From Octopus vulgaris (taxonomy: Eukaryota): DNA of 64,000 bases. The DNA is taken from the NCBI GenBank assembly GCA_951406725.2, contig OX597837.1, forward strand, positions 19,468,001 to 19,532,000, in the 5' to 3' direction. Position numbers and translations under genes: made by a program. This document shows, one piece after another, positions 40,620 through 55,036 of the stretch. Position 1 is the stretch's first letter; the number at the start of each line of letters is the position of its first letter. The notes under the pieces are model-generated. The model did not search any database, was not told the DNA's origin, and saw only the letters and a program-made list of their open reading frames with translations.

Positions 40620-41750
40620 TAGTTTAGCGCAAGTCCTTTGACATGATACCACACCCGTGAAGCATTGAATGTTTGAAAATGTTTGGAATTGCAAAGAATG
40701 TCAAAAGTTTTTTGAGAAAAGACATAGAAAGTTCAAAGATTGATCTCACATATGGACAGAACCTGGGAAAATTAAGAAACAAGAGGATTTTTTTAAAGAC
40801 AACGTGTCTTGTTTTATGCATGATTTCTTTAACATCTGGGTACGAGTAAAGTAACATCTGGATATAAGTTTAAAGGAAAATAGCAAAAGTCTATTGTTTA
40901 TGGATGATCTCAAGCTGTATGGTTAGCTTCAGCCAATTCTTTAGTGAACACAGTACATTGCTTCATGATGGATATCAAAATTGAACTTAGCCTAAAAATG
41001 TGGAGTAATATTCCTGACATGAAGGAAAGTCAATAGACGATATAGAATTACCATCAGAGGAAATAATGAAAATACTGATGATGCTGAGTATAAATACTTG
41101 GAGATACAGGAAGTGATGGAAGTGATGGAAGAAGAAATAAAGGAAAGCTTGTTGTGGTAAAGCAATCAATACATGGGCATCTGCATTGTTGAGGTATAGT
41201 GGGAGAATTATCAATTAGAAGGAAGAGGAGTTACCGGAGCTAGACCGAATATCGAGATAACTACACAAAACACACGGAACATTCCATCCAAAGAGCAATA
41301 TTGATAGGTTGTGCCAAACCAGGCACAAAGGTGGGCGAGGACTATTTAGTTGTGAAAGGTGTTATTCAACTTTCAGAACAAAATAGTTTGGAATGGTATA
41401 TCAAGAATGCCATAGAACTCATGCTCGTTCAGAAGAGAATATCTGGCATTGTGAGGACAGATATTTGAATGGAAAAAGAGCAATACAAAGGTAAAATGTA
41501 TAAGAAAGACGAAAGAAAATGGAACGCAAAAAAATATTTATATATATACGAGTAATTTGCGAGAGAGGAGAGCAGGAATACATATGCCAATGGAAGTTGG
41601 CACTGGCTAGGAAAAGCGTGACCTGAGGTCAGAGACAGAAGCAATATTCTGTGTCGGAACAGGCACTTAAAACAAACTATACTAAATGCAGGACTAGATG
41701 TACAGCTGAAAGTGGCAAGCGCAGTGTGCGGCGTTAAAGGTGAGGCTGAA
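40620..41750 (+). pseudogene. highly degenerate R4/Dong-like RT-to-zinc-finger remnant
   Basis: KSFDMIPH, LFMDDLKLY, YKYLE, HPKSNIDRL...GGRGL motifs across frames. Confidence 0.7.
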
Positions 41751-41770
41751 AAACATCAACAACAACAGCT

Positions 41771-41965
41771 GTGGAGGCGCAATGGTCCAGTGGTTAGGGC
41801 AGCGGATTCGCGGTCGTAAGAACGCGGTTTCGATTCCCAGATCGGGCATTGTGAATGATTATTGAGCAAAAGCACCTAAGCTCCACGATGCTCCCGTGGG
41901 GTGGGGTGAGGTGAACCCTGCTGTACTCTTCCACCACAACTTTCTCTGACTCTTTATTCCTACTT
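41771..41965 (+). mobile_element. family 2 tRNA SINE, 5' part
   Basis: tggaggcgcaatggtccagtggttagggcagcgg ... ggtttcgattccc. Confidence 0.8.
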
Positions 41966-43315
41966 CTGCCAAAAAGCAGAGGAAACATGGTGTGGTAAGC
42001 TTTCAGACCCTAGTCTAGATTGCGAATCCTCTGTACTCCATGATGGTTCAGCTCTCCACCCGTTAACAGCCACCGTTAACCGCCAGTCTATCGCGTGTGG
42101 TGGGTGGATCTTCAAGTTGCCGAATGCATTCTTAGTAGCTTAGAGTAGGCTCGAATTAGAGATTATTCTTTGTGGCTAATGGCGTGAGTCCTGATTGGAA
42201 GAAGAAGAGAACAACAGCTACAACTGAATTCTTAAATTCAGGAAATAGGATACTGATGTTCTTGCTGCGGAACAGACATTCTCTCCATGACTGTTTCACA
42301 TTTTCTTGAGATGATGGTATATCTAGAAACACATTCAAGAATGTTTCATATTTCCCTTTTAAGACGACAAAGTGTAATGCAGACAAGATTTGGCTGCTAT
42401 TTCTAGTCGGTCAAGCGACTACCTCGATGTTCCGCCTTCGTTGGATTGTGAGGGTCATGTAGATCAGTAGAAGCGACTTACAGACATATACGGTGGATCG
42501 AACTTTAATAATATGGTCGGAAGATGTCAGTGAGGAGAAATTTTGTCGAACAGTTGTTAAACACACGGAAACAGTTTCACTAATGGGACATCAGCTGAGC
42601 TCTTAAAAATCCCTCTGCGGTCAATAAAAGTGCGTTTACTTTTTTTGTTTGACTAATTAGAAATAGCAGCCAAATGTCCCTCAAATCATAACCCTATTGT
42701 AGTCCTTAATAATCCTTCTTTCCTTTTTAGTAAGTACAGAGAGCGTTCGGGAGCGTAGTCTGGATGCGCTATTTTGAAAGGGAGAGAACCGAAGAAATAG
42801 GCTCCGGTACTTGACTAGTAGTTAATTTATTGACCCCAAAGTGATGAAACAGAAAACTTTTCTCAATGCGATTTGAACTCAGAGCATAGAAAGCCGGAAC
42901 AAATACAAAAAGCATTTCTATCCGACGCCATAGCGATTTTTGCTATTCATCTTATTCACAAAACCTCAAACTCTCAAAAAGATAGCATTGTTTTATTTGG
43001 AATTCTTATATCAAAATACCCTGGGTCTGTACTCCAGCGTAATTGCGTACAATTGAGTGGAACAAGTAAAAGGATAAAAGAATAAAGAAAACAAAATTAG
43101 GAACACCAACAACAACAACCATTACTGATTTATATACTTTGATGACGTCATTTATTCCACATGATGACATAACGCCTGTTTGTCCTAATAACATGTTGAC
43201 AACAGCTATTTTCCACACTACGATGACGTCACTCTTCTGCATATATGTATACCAGATCTCTTCCGATTGGCTCAGGCAAAATGACGTAGCGTCATGTCGT
43301 GCGCGATATTACGCC

Positions 43316-43430
43316 ATAAAGTCTAAAGTCCTCTGTTAGGAGGAGACATCTCTACATATCTCTCAAGCTTGCACAACAAACCATACATATATATATATAT
43401 ATATACAATATATATATATATATATATATC

Positions 43431-43528
<98 letters not shown>

Positions 43529-43611
43529 TATATATGTATGGTTTGTTGTGCAAGCTTGAGAGATATGCAGAGCAGATATGTCCCCTCCTAACAGAGGACT
43601 TTAGACTTTAT
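43316..43611. repeat. fold-back inverted duplication centred on (TA)n
   Basis: Arms at about 43316-43390 and 43532-43611 are reverse complements with a few differences. Confidence 0.9.
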
Positions 43612-43624
43612 ATGTATGTATATA

Positions 43625-43694
<70 letters not shown>

Positions 43695-44226
43695 TATTTA
43701 TATTTACGTTTATATTCATATCGCTGCATGAATCATAAAACAGAGTTACAGAATTAATCGGTCGGATTAATGCTGTTTTATTTGCTGCTACGGATTACAT
43801 AAAGGATTACGGCTGTTAACATAACAAACAGCAGATGATACAGGTGTGGGGCAGTAGTGTTGGTGTTATAGGAAAGGAAGACAACGACTGTACAGTTTGA
43901 GGGACAGTAATATGTGCTGACATGTGTTTATGTGTTCGTCACCGTGTTTCTGCGGCACACGTAAGCTGTGTCTAGCAGAAATAAAAAGCATCGTCCCGAA
44001 CATCAATATACTCCATCTCGTTCTCCTCCTGCATCTCGTCCTCTACTTCGCCCTCCTCCTCTTTCCCAACAACCACCACCACCATACCCGCTACTACTAT
44101 TATCGTCGTCGTCAGGGTCCATACTATCATTCTCGCCATCACAACCACCACTACTACCATTGGCGTCACCATCATTATCACCATCATTATCAACCCTCAG
44201 CTTCATCACTGTCTTCGTCATCATCC

Positions 44227-44282
<56 letters not shown>

Positions 44283-44323
44283 GTTATTATTATTATTATT
44301 ATTACCACTACTACTACTACTAC

Positions 44324-44357
<34 letters not shown>

Positions 44358-44395
44358 GTTATTATTATTATTATTATTACCACTACTACTACTAC

Positions 44396-44453
<58 letters not shown>

Positions 44454-44889
44454 GCTGCCATACTGTGAAGTCACAGAAATTTGGTGTTCCGTAAGTTGAA
44501 AAAGTGCTTGTAATCTTTTCGGCCTTCATTTCTGTTGTTATCATTACATTTCGGAGATTGTCTAGATTGTGTAGATAGTATTTTTGTGTAGAAATACACT
44601 CTGTTTTGCAAGTAGTGGGCATAAACAATTTTTGAATTTTTACTGCTTTCACCAAAAACATATATTTTGCAATTTTCTGTAATTTTTTTTTTAATGGCTG
44701 ATAAAGAAACCATCATAGTATTATTATTATGGTTCGACAAACGAACGTGCTCCTTGTCGAGAAATTTCGGGAACAAGGAAAGAATTGAGAATATCAACAT
44801 CGAATGACCTAAACTTAGTGACGTCACCGAGGCGAAAACTGTTTCTTCTCTAAGCAACGTCAAAACTTTCGGTGTCGACAAAGAGAACA

Positions 44890-44979
<90 letters not shown>

Positions 44980-45269
44980 CGAAAGAAATAAAACATAAAA
45001 ATGAAAATATCACCTCTGCGTCTTTTGCGCCAGCGGAGAGAAATATGGAATGCTTCCACATAGATCAAGAAGAATTAAAATTTGCAAGAAAAATTGTAAA
45101 AAGAAATGGGAGAAGGATAGCTCACCCCCCCCCCCCTCTGACGTGATAGAAAATATCGCAAGATGCACGGTCACATACCGTTGCATCGGAGTCAAGTCTT
45201 GGTCGGTGGAAAATGCTCCTGGGAGCAAAGTACAAAAATGCCTTGGGCATATGTAGGAACAAACGACCC

Positions 45270-46480
45270 ACATCACTCGTGGCCTGGTCGTTGTCTTGTA
45301 CCTTGCTTGGCACATGCTTATAACCTCTGTTGTCAGTTTGGATACTGTATCGTTGACATATTGTTCAGTGGATATAACTGTTTACTTTGCCGTGTCTGTA
45401 TATACATCAGAGTTGGCAAGGACTGGGTAACTCGAGATAATGTGGTCAACTCTTTCATTGTGCTGGTTGAACATTCTGCATTCGGTGTTGAGGCCTGTTT
45501 TCATTATTTCGCTTTTGTAATTGCTTCTAGTCATTGGTCTTGTGCAGCGAGAATCAGTCCTTGTATTTCGGCTTTTAGTGTAAAGGTTTTGAGCCATTGT
45601 TGGCTTTTAGTTATGCTCACTTCCTCTCTTGCAGAGTATTGGCCATGAAGTGATTTTTCTCTCCATTTCTTCTTCGGTATATTTTGTAATTCAATTTTCA
45701 TGTTGTTTTTTGTCACTTTGACCATTTCTGCTATATTGTCGTCTGAGATCAGTGTGTGAGTTTTTATTTGTTTCTGGTTTGTATTTTGTCGCCTCCTTGT
45801 GTATAGAGAAAAGCGTTTCCTTTTTCTCGTGTTGTTTTACAACATACAGCAGTCTCTCACTCTTTGTTTCTAAGTACTTTGCTAGTCCAACTGTTGTTAT
45901 TTTATAGTAGCTTTCTATCTATGTCAGGCCACGGCCTCCTTCTGAACGGGGCAGATGTATTCTGTCTGCGTCTGCTTTGGGGTGGTGACTTCGGCAGCTT
46001 TCTGTTTTTTCTATCTAGGTTTCTCACTTTGCTGATCTTCCAGCTTATGATGTTAAATCTATAATTCATGACTGGTACAGCTAGCGTGTTTATCCTTATT
46101 ATCTCATTTTTAGCATTAAGTTCAGTGTTTAATATCAGTCTAAGTCAGAAGAGTTAGACTCATATTAAACACTGAAATTTCTTTGTAATACTCTCTCCTA
46201 ATTTTCTCCTTCATTTCAGTGTGTTGTATTTTAGCTGTTTCTGTTATTCCTAGCTATTTGTATGGGCGGCTGTGGTTCAATTCTCTAATTTCTGTGTCTA
46301 TGTCAAGTGCAGTGTTTTTAGTGCTGAATAATTTGCCTCTTCTCAGTGTGACTCCGGCACATTTGTCCAGCCCCATGCTCATTCCGATGTCATTGTTGAC
46401 ACTGGACAATTTTTATAAGTTTTCTCTGTTCCATGGTGCTCTTAGGGAAAAGTTTTAGGTCATCCATGTACAAGAGATGG
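45270..46480 (-). pseudogene. R4/Dong-like remnant
   Basis: Minus strand YMDDLK, YKYLG, LNAKNEIIRINTLAVPV, WREKSLHGQY, QGLILAAQDQ, CRM...HIISS. Confidence 0.8.
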
Positions 46481-46670
46481 TTTATTTTTTTGTCCATAGC
46501 ACCTATCATCCATGGTGGTTTCGTTTAACAAGTTTGTTTGCGAGGTTCAAACATTATTATTATCATTATTATTATTATAATAATAATAATAATAATAATA
46601 ATTATTATTATTATTATTATTATTATTGTAGTTGTTGTTGTTGTTGCTGTTCTTGTTCTTGTTGTTGTTG

Positions 46671-46721
<51 letters not shown>

Positions 46722-46935
46722 CGTTTTTATTATTATTATTATTTCTACTATAGGCACAAGGCTTGTAATTTGAGCGGTGTGGGATAGTCCATCACATAAA
46801 CCCTCAGTACTTGGCTGGTACTTAATTTATCGACTCCGACAGAATTTGAATTCAGAACGCGAAGATGGACGACATGCTGCTAAGAATTTGCTCGGCATCG
46901 AGTCAATAATAATAATAACCACAACGACGACGACG

Positions 46936-46970
<35 letters not shown>

Positions 46971-47024
46971 AATGATAATGATAATAATGATAATAATAAT
47001 AATAACAACAACAACAACAACAAA

Positions 47025-47059
<35 letters not shown>

Positions 47060-47089
47060 GAAGAAGAAGAAGAAGAACAACAACAACAA

Positions 47090-47300
47090 CAATCACAGTC
47101 TCTAACGTAGACGCAAGTTCACTCTCCATTATATTGATCTTTAACAATAACACTTGTTCATTATCGATTATTCTGATTTCTCACATAGTGACAGGATCTC
47201 TATCGATTATATTGATCTCTAACAATGACACAAGGTCATTAGCAATTGCATTGATTTGTCATAATGACCCAAGGTCATTATCAATCACATTGATCGATAC
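47090..47300 (+). repeat. diverged 39-bp minisatellite (about 5 units)
   Basis: Units such as attatattgatctctaacaatgacacaaggtcattagca; translates as 13-aa repeats IILISNNDTRSLA. Confidence 0.75.
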
Positions 47301-47496
47301 TCCCAAGGCCATAATTGATTACCGTATTTGATGGCTGCTTATGAGGCACCTTTGATAACCCATAGACAGAAGGCGGTCACGGTTGTAGATTTCTGGACGC
47401 CCCAGTTGCTGTAATGTTTCACAAAATGAATAGAAAACATCTCCCTTCTAAAACTACTCTCCGCAGTTATTACTATTTTCTAAAATACCAATACAT

Positions 47497-47870
47497 ATAG
47501 GCGCAGGAGTGGCTGTGTGGTAAGTAGCTTGCTTACCAACCACATGTTTCCGGGTTCAGTCCCACTGCGTGGCACCATGGGCGAGTGCCTTCTACTATAG
47601 CCTCGGGCCGACCAAAGCCTTGTGAGTGGATTTGGTAGATGGAAACTGAAAGAAGCCTGTCGTGTGTGTCTGTGTTTGTCCTCCCAACATTGCTTGACAA
47701 CCGATGCTGGTGTGTTCATGTCCCCGTAACTTAGCGGTTCGGCAAAAGAGAACGATAGAATAAGTACTAAGCTTACAAAAAATGAGTCCTGGGTCGATTT
47801 GCTCGACTAAAGGCGGTGCTCCAGCATGGCCGCAGTCAAATGACTGAAACAAGTAAATGGGTAAAAGAGA
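47497..47870 (+). mobile_element. CORE-like tRNA-derived SINE (family 1), full length
   Basis: A-box tggctgtgtgg, B-box-like gggttcagtccc, CORE-like ggcaccwtgggcragtg, tail shared with the CR1-group LINE. Resembles the octopus OR2-type CORE-SINE (inference). Confidence 0.85.
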
Positions 47871-48099
47871 GTAGTAACTTTACATAAAATTGGTCAGGAG
47901 AAATATTAAATGATAACGCTTGACCATACCCCCACCAAAAAAGGACTTGCAAAATATTTCTCATCCATAATTTTTAGAAGGGAAATGGCCCATTCAGTTA
48001 TCTTCGTCACTCAAATCCATCGTGTATTTACTTTTATTAATTCCAGTTCAGAGAGCTGTTATACATCCTGCACAAAACGAACGGCTTCGTCAGGCAGTA

Positions 48100-48415
48100 T
48101 GTCAACAAATACGCTGGCAGACAGGAACCACTTCTTGTGCAGGTAAAAAGATGAAAGCTTGCATAATGGCTGTCATGTATCATGTCACAACTTCCTGCCC
48201 AAAACCATTCTTGAAGGCACAGTTGAGGGAGGACGACAAAAAGGCAGTCAGAGAAAATCCTGGTTTGACAACATCAAGGATTGGTCAGCTCGCTACACAG
48301 GGACCCTGCTACGCATGTCCGAGAACAGAGACGAGTAATAATGGCTATGAAAGCATCTAAAGTAGCAGCCCACTGACTAGCTGCATCAGTTAAGGGATCT
48401 CGATGATGATGATGA
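48100..48415 (+). pseudogene. RTE-clade LINE 3' end
   Basis: LPKTILEGTVEGGRQKGSQRKSWFDNIKDW followed by a (GAT)n tail. Confidence 0.7.
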
Positions 48416-48429
48416 ATTCCAATCTAATT

Positions 48430-48960
48430 GTTCTGTCAATATGAACCTTTCCAAGCGAGTCGTCTCTTATTTTCCCCTTCGTAGTAGTATATTGTATACC
48501 ATCTCCTTCGTTTATCCCCAGATATTTGTAATTTTCTTGTGGACGAAGATGCCTTGAAAGATGCCTCGTTTGATTTTGATGTTGTTAGTTTGGCTCATCC
48601 CATTACTATGGTTTAGAAGGAGACGTGTGTTCCACTTGGCTATGTTACCTTGTGAGAATCTGGAGACGACAGGAGAGGTCTTGTATATCACAAGGGCCTT
48701 GAGTATCCAATTATGTGGGACACTATCAAACGCTTTCCTGCAGTCTATTTATGCCACATTCAAGTTCTTTTTACTCGGAAATTCTCTAAAATCATTTTAC
48801 TCATGAGTAATTGATCTTAGCAACCTTTTTGAGCTTGTGGGAGAATAGACCTCTCTTCAAGGAAAGCATATATTCTGTCAGTTAATATGGATGTAAGGAT
48901 CTTGTAGGTGGTGTTGAGATATGTTCTTGGTCTGTAGTTCTTTGGATTTAGGTGGTATTG
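48430..48960 (-). pseudogene. R4/Dong-like RT fragment
   Basis: PKNYRP.TYLNTTYKILTSIL, QKGC, IDCRKAFDSVPHNWILKAL, YKYLGI. Confidence 0.75.
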
Positions 48961-49072
48961 AGACATGCTAATGGTCTGATTTTTGCTTTGTATTTGCACA
49001 AGCTGACTCCAAGTCCCAGAGACGTCAAGAGATTAGTTAGAAGGTCAAGTTGGTGTTATGCAGTGACCTGAA

Positions 49073-50276
<1,204 letters not shown>

Positions 50277-50298
50277 AATAATAATAATAATAATAATA

Positions 50299-50335
<37 letters not shown>

Positions 50336-50354
50336 CGACGACGATAACGATGAC

Positions 50355-50419
<65 letters not shown>

Positions 50420-50430
50420 GGATGAGGATG

Positions 50431-50517
<87 letters not shown>

Positions 50518-50527
50518 TTGCTGCTGC

Positions 50528-50613
<86 letters not shown>

Positions 50614-50616
<3 letters not shown>

Positions 50617-51541
50617 GCAAATACCCAAAGAGAGTGAATAATGCAGTTGTTGACAAAGCCCTGAACCAACAATGGCTAATGGCCTCTGGCTTAAAATCTG
50701 AAACAGAAGAGTTTTATCATAGCAGCTCAAGATCAATGCCTACCTATAAGGAACTACCAGACCAACATATTAAAGAAAGGCAGTAGCCCATCATGTCGTG
50801 TATGTCAACAACAAAATGAAACCATTGATCATGTTGTCTCCAAGTGCAGTCTTCTTGCGCCTACAGAGTATCTCAACAGGCATGATAGAGCTGCACAATA
50901 TATTCACTGGGTAATTTGCAGAAGCCTGGACTTGCCCCATGATAAAAACTGGTGGGAACACAAACCACCTCTAGTGCTTGAAAATGACCACATCTCACTC
51001 CCCTTGAACTGACAGAAAGATAGACGCGAATAGGCCAGACATCATAGTAAAAGACTTCTGACAAAAACATGCCCCCTCATTGATATGACTGTCCCAATCG
51101 ATATAAACGTATATGTCAAGACCTACCAAAAATTGAGCAAATATAAAGATCTGGAAATAGAAATCAGTAAAATGTGGAACCCGAAGACTGAAACAATACC
51201 TGTTGTCATAGGTGCCCTGGGAATGATAGCAAAAGGGGCTGATTGCTACCTAACTCAAATACCAGGAAACCCCAAAATGGCAGAAATTCAAAAGATAGTG
51301 CTCATGGGAACTGCTCATATCCTACGCAAAATACTTTCTTTGTAATCTCAAGTTTAAAACAAACATGATTTTCGTATGTTTTTTTAGGCATTCACTAGTA
51401 CAACACTAAGTACAAAACCAAATATATGGCACCCCAGGCATAACACCAACATGAACTTCCAACTTGTTGTCTCTTGAGGTCTCTGGGTGAAACTTGGAGC
51501 CAGCTTGTGCAAATGTAAAGCAAAAGTCAAACATAGAATTA
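50614..51541 (+). pseudogene. R4/Dong-like family C 3' fragment
   Basis: GKYP, WLMASGLKSETE, CRVC...HVVSKC, RHD, RPDI, KYKDLEIEI.KMW, IQKIVLMGTAHILRKILSL*; ends in (TAA)n. Confidence 0.88.
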
Positions 51542-51576
51542 AAAAAAAAAAATAATAAATAATAATAATAATAATG

Positions 51577-51746
<170 letters not shown>

Positions 51747-51754
51747 TTCCCCAA

Positions 51755-51800
51755 GACACCTGGTGAAGCCTGGACGGTATATCAGCCGAAACGTTGTATT
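51755..51800 (+). ncRNA. degenerate minimal hammerhead-like motif in a solo pLTR-like fragment
   Basis: acac-CTGGTGA-a-gcctg..cagcc-GAAA-CG-TT-gtat; palindromic AACGTT stem III; core position A6 is replaced by G. Confidence 0.5.
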
Positions 51801-51894
51801 AACAACAAACCAGATGAGGACAAATATCCGTCAAATGTAAATAATGTAAATAATGAACATAATTCCTCATCTCTTAAATATAGAATTATAAACA

Positions 51895-53310
51895 AAGATG
51901 GTTTCCTTCACAACCTTACTACCAGGTAGGTGAGCGGTTAAAATTTATTTTAAATTAAAAAGGGGAATAAAACATCTATGCATAGGTAATAAAGGTGAAG
52001 AACATATGAAGAAGTACTCTAGGGACACCGATGTTTCCATATAAACCAAAGATGGTTGGACTGACTGACTTAAACTTAAACAGAGCCTGGGAAGAGAAAT
52101 ATTAATCACAAAGGAAGAAAGTTATGCATAGGTACATGTTCCACAGGATGGAAAATGCTAGCAATGTTGAGGAATAGCAGCCTCATCTGGATCTGTGATA
52201 AATATATCACAACCCATCTAGAAAGTATGTCTTTGCTGTCCAAGAACAGGAGATTGCTACTAAATTCTTGATCAACAAAAAAGATAAGGATGCCTCAAAA
52301 ACTGTGATAGTGTCGATTATGCTATATCAATGTGGAAGATATTGTTTATATCATCAATAAATGATCAAAAATATCTGCATGATATTACCCTCTCATGAGG
52401 TAGAACATTGTCACCAAGATGGTTTATAATGCTATACGCAGGAAGGATTGCCGCGATTGTCATACTAAAGGCACACCAGAGCCAAAAAGTGTCTTCACTG
52501 TTAAAAATAAAAAAAATACTGGAACATTCCAATAAAAATGGCAACCCGATACAAGCACAACAAGCCAGACAAGGCGGCGAGCTGGCAGAAACGTTAGCAC
52601 GCCGGGCGAAATGCTTAGCGGTATTTCGTCTGCCGCTACGTTTTCAGTTCAAATTCCGCCGAGGTTGACTTTGCATTTCATCCTTTCGGGGTCGACTAAA
52701 TAAGTACCAGTTACGCACTGGGGCCGATATAATCGACTTAATTCGTTTGTCTGTCCTTGTTTGTCCTGTCTGTGTTTAGCCCCTTGTGGGCAGTAAAGAA
52801 ATAGGTATTCCGCCTGCCGTTACGTTCTGAGTTCAAATTTCGCCGAAGTGGATTTTGCCTTTAATCATTTCAGGGTCGATAAATTAAGTACCAGCTACAC
52901 ACTGGGGTTGATGTAATCGACTTAATCCCTTTGTCTGTCCTTGTTTGTCCCCTCTACGTTTAGCCCCTTGCGGACAATAAAGAAATAAGAAACGGTTGCG
53001 TGGGACAGGGAGCAAAAGTCATAATCATTGTGGAATCAGCTGCCCAGTGAACGTGAATACCTCTTCAAAAACTGGGGAAAAGGAGAACATCTATGGAGAA
53101 CTGATGAGAAATCTACAGCCCTAATTTTTGTGATACATGTTTTCATTTAAACCTCTTCTCATTGGTGAACTGGGTTATGTAACAAATGATTTGTATAGGA
53201 ACCTGGGAATGTTTGGGTTCTCAAAAAATGGACACAGCAAACTGATTAGCATTTCCAGATATAATTGATCAGAAGAACAGTGTAACTTTGTAAAACTTTT
53301 CAGGGTTTCT
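51895..53310 (+). pseudogene. very degenerate R4/Dong-like remnant interrupted by SINEs
   Basis: HLESMSLLSKN/QEQEIATKFL, VEISCP..VN...K..EKENIYGELMRNLQ, similar to 59000-59220 (-). Confidence 0.55.
52572..52995 (+). mobile_element. Meta-like SINE dimer with an L1/Tx1-like tail
   Basis: Two tandem units, each ending tttagccccttgygg..ca.taaagaaa. Confidence 0.8.
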
Positions 53311-53709
53311 CTATCTGAGGTGCTTGGGTGAACATAGGTATACAACTACACATACATGTAGAATACACAGGCACACACACACACAGACACACACAGACCC
53401 ACACACAGAGTTATGAAATGCACTCTTGTGTTCCATTATGACAGGTACACCCAGGAGTGCAAGTTTAACCACACCCGTGCACAGCCGCACAACACGCACA
53501 AATATGTGCACCCATGAGCTAAGTCAGGCAACTACAAACCCCAAGAACTGTCTTGTCTTAAAGAAAAGAACCTTGCCATTTTGTGAGTGGTCGGCTTCAA
53601 TTCTTCAAAGGAGAAACGAAATCTGAAAATAAATTACAAAGGAAACATGTATACACAAATACATATTCATACATACATACATACATACATACATACATAC
53701 ATACATACA

Positions 53710-53741
<32 letters not shown>

Positions 53742-54137
53742 GATAGATAGCCAGACACACATATAAGTACCCCACCCCAACGCACACAACACACTAATAC
53801 TCACACAAACAACGCATACTCATACATACGCACACATGAGTATGAACAACATGCTGAATCGGGAGATACGAAGAGAGAGAGGGAAGAAGGGGAGGGAGAG
53901 GGAAAGAGAAGAGAGAGAGAGGAAGGAGGGGAGGGACAGAGTAAGAAAGAGAAGGAGGAGAAGAGAGAGAGGGAGTGAGAGAGAGAGAGAGAAAGGTGAG
54001 GACAGAAAATGACGGACGCGATATACTATCATTTCTTGGGTTGTGTGAAGGAAGTAAAGAAGTGTTGTCTGAGAGAGGAGCAGGGAGAAGATTTAGGAAG
54101 AATGGTAAACATATGGAGAGAGAGAGAAAGGGGGGAG

Positions 54138-54262
54138 AGGGAGAGAGAGAGAGGAAGAGCGAAAGAGAGGGAGAGAGAGAGAGGAAGAGCGAAAGAGAGG
54201 GAGAGAGAGAGAGGAAGAGCGAAAGAGAGGGAGAGAGAGAGAGGAAGAGCGAAAGAGAGGGG
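54138..54262 (+). repeat. 30-bp purine tandem repeat, 4 units
   Basis: (gagagagagagaggaagagcgaaagagagg)n. Confidence 0.9.
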
Positions 54263-54590
54263 GGAGAGAGTGACAGGGAGAGAGAGAGAGAGAGAGAGGG
54301 GGAGAGAAAGGGAAACAAAAATACAAAAAGGGAAAAAAGAAGAAAATAGCAATGCCAAATAAAATATGAAAGATGAGAAAGATGAAAGAAAGAGACAATA
54401 ATTGAGGTGTTGGACATTGTAAAGAATTTGGAGATATTGGAGGTGAGATGATAAGAACTGCTTGGATAGGAATAATCTAATTGTATGTCTGATTGTAATC
54501 CTGAATGTGTACGTATGGAAATGTATGTTTGTGTATGCACCACACACACACACACACACAAGGTAATAATGCGGACCGTTATAGACTATA

Positions 54591-54646
54591 CATTGTTACT
54601 CTGAGTTTCTTAGCATTACTGAGTAATTAAGCATTCCTCAGACAGT
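54591..54646 (-). ncRNA. hammerhead-like motif with canonical core
   Basis: Reverse complement reads actgt-CTGAGGA-...attactcagtaat...-GAAA-CTC a GAG-TA-acaat; lies within the imperfect inverted repeat 54578-54723. Confidence 0.5.
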
Positions 54647-54960
54647 TTAATCACATAACTCAAGCTGAGAGGTTTGCTCCTTAACTATGTGTACAGCTCA
54701 GAGTAATACTACATAGTCTATAATATCTTGTGATTGTATGAGCGCGCGCTCGCACTGCTGGGTGTATGCAAGTGTGTACAAGGGCCTATGTGTTTATATA
54801 TATATATATGTGTGTATATATACAGGAATAAGTACATAAATGCAAAACAAGATCGAAGAAAATTGAACTCAAATAGCCGAAGATAGAGTAAAATGCTGCT
54901 TTATTAAAATGCAAAAGCATCACAGACCACTGTGATTTAGAGTTTCGCGTATTGATCACA

Positions 54961-55000
54961 ACTGTCCGACGAACTGGAACCTGAAACTCTGAGTTACAGT
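54961..55000 (+). ncRNA. hammerhead-like motif, CCGACGA core variant
   Basis: actgt-CCGACGA-actggaacc-t-GAAA-CTC t GAG-TT-acagt; perfect stems I and III, weak stem II. Confidence 0.55.
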
Positions 55001-55036
55001 CTTTTGTGGTGATTTGTAGCTTTAATAAAAACTGTG

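Noticed and set aside
54138-54262. CRISPR-like periodic repeat
   Set aside because: No unique spacers, purine low complexity, eukaryotic context.
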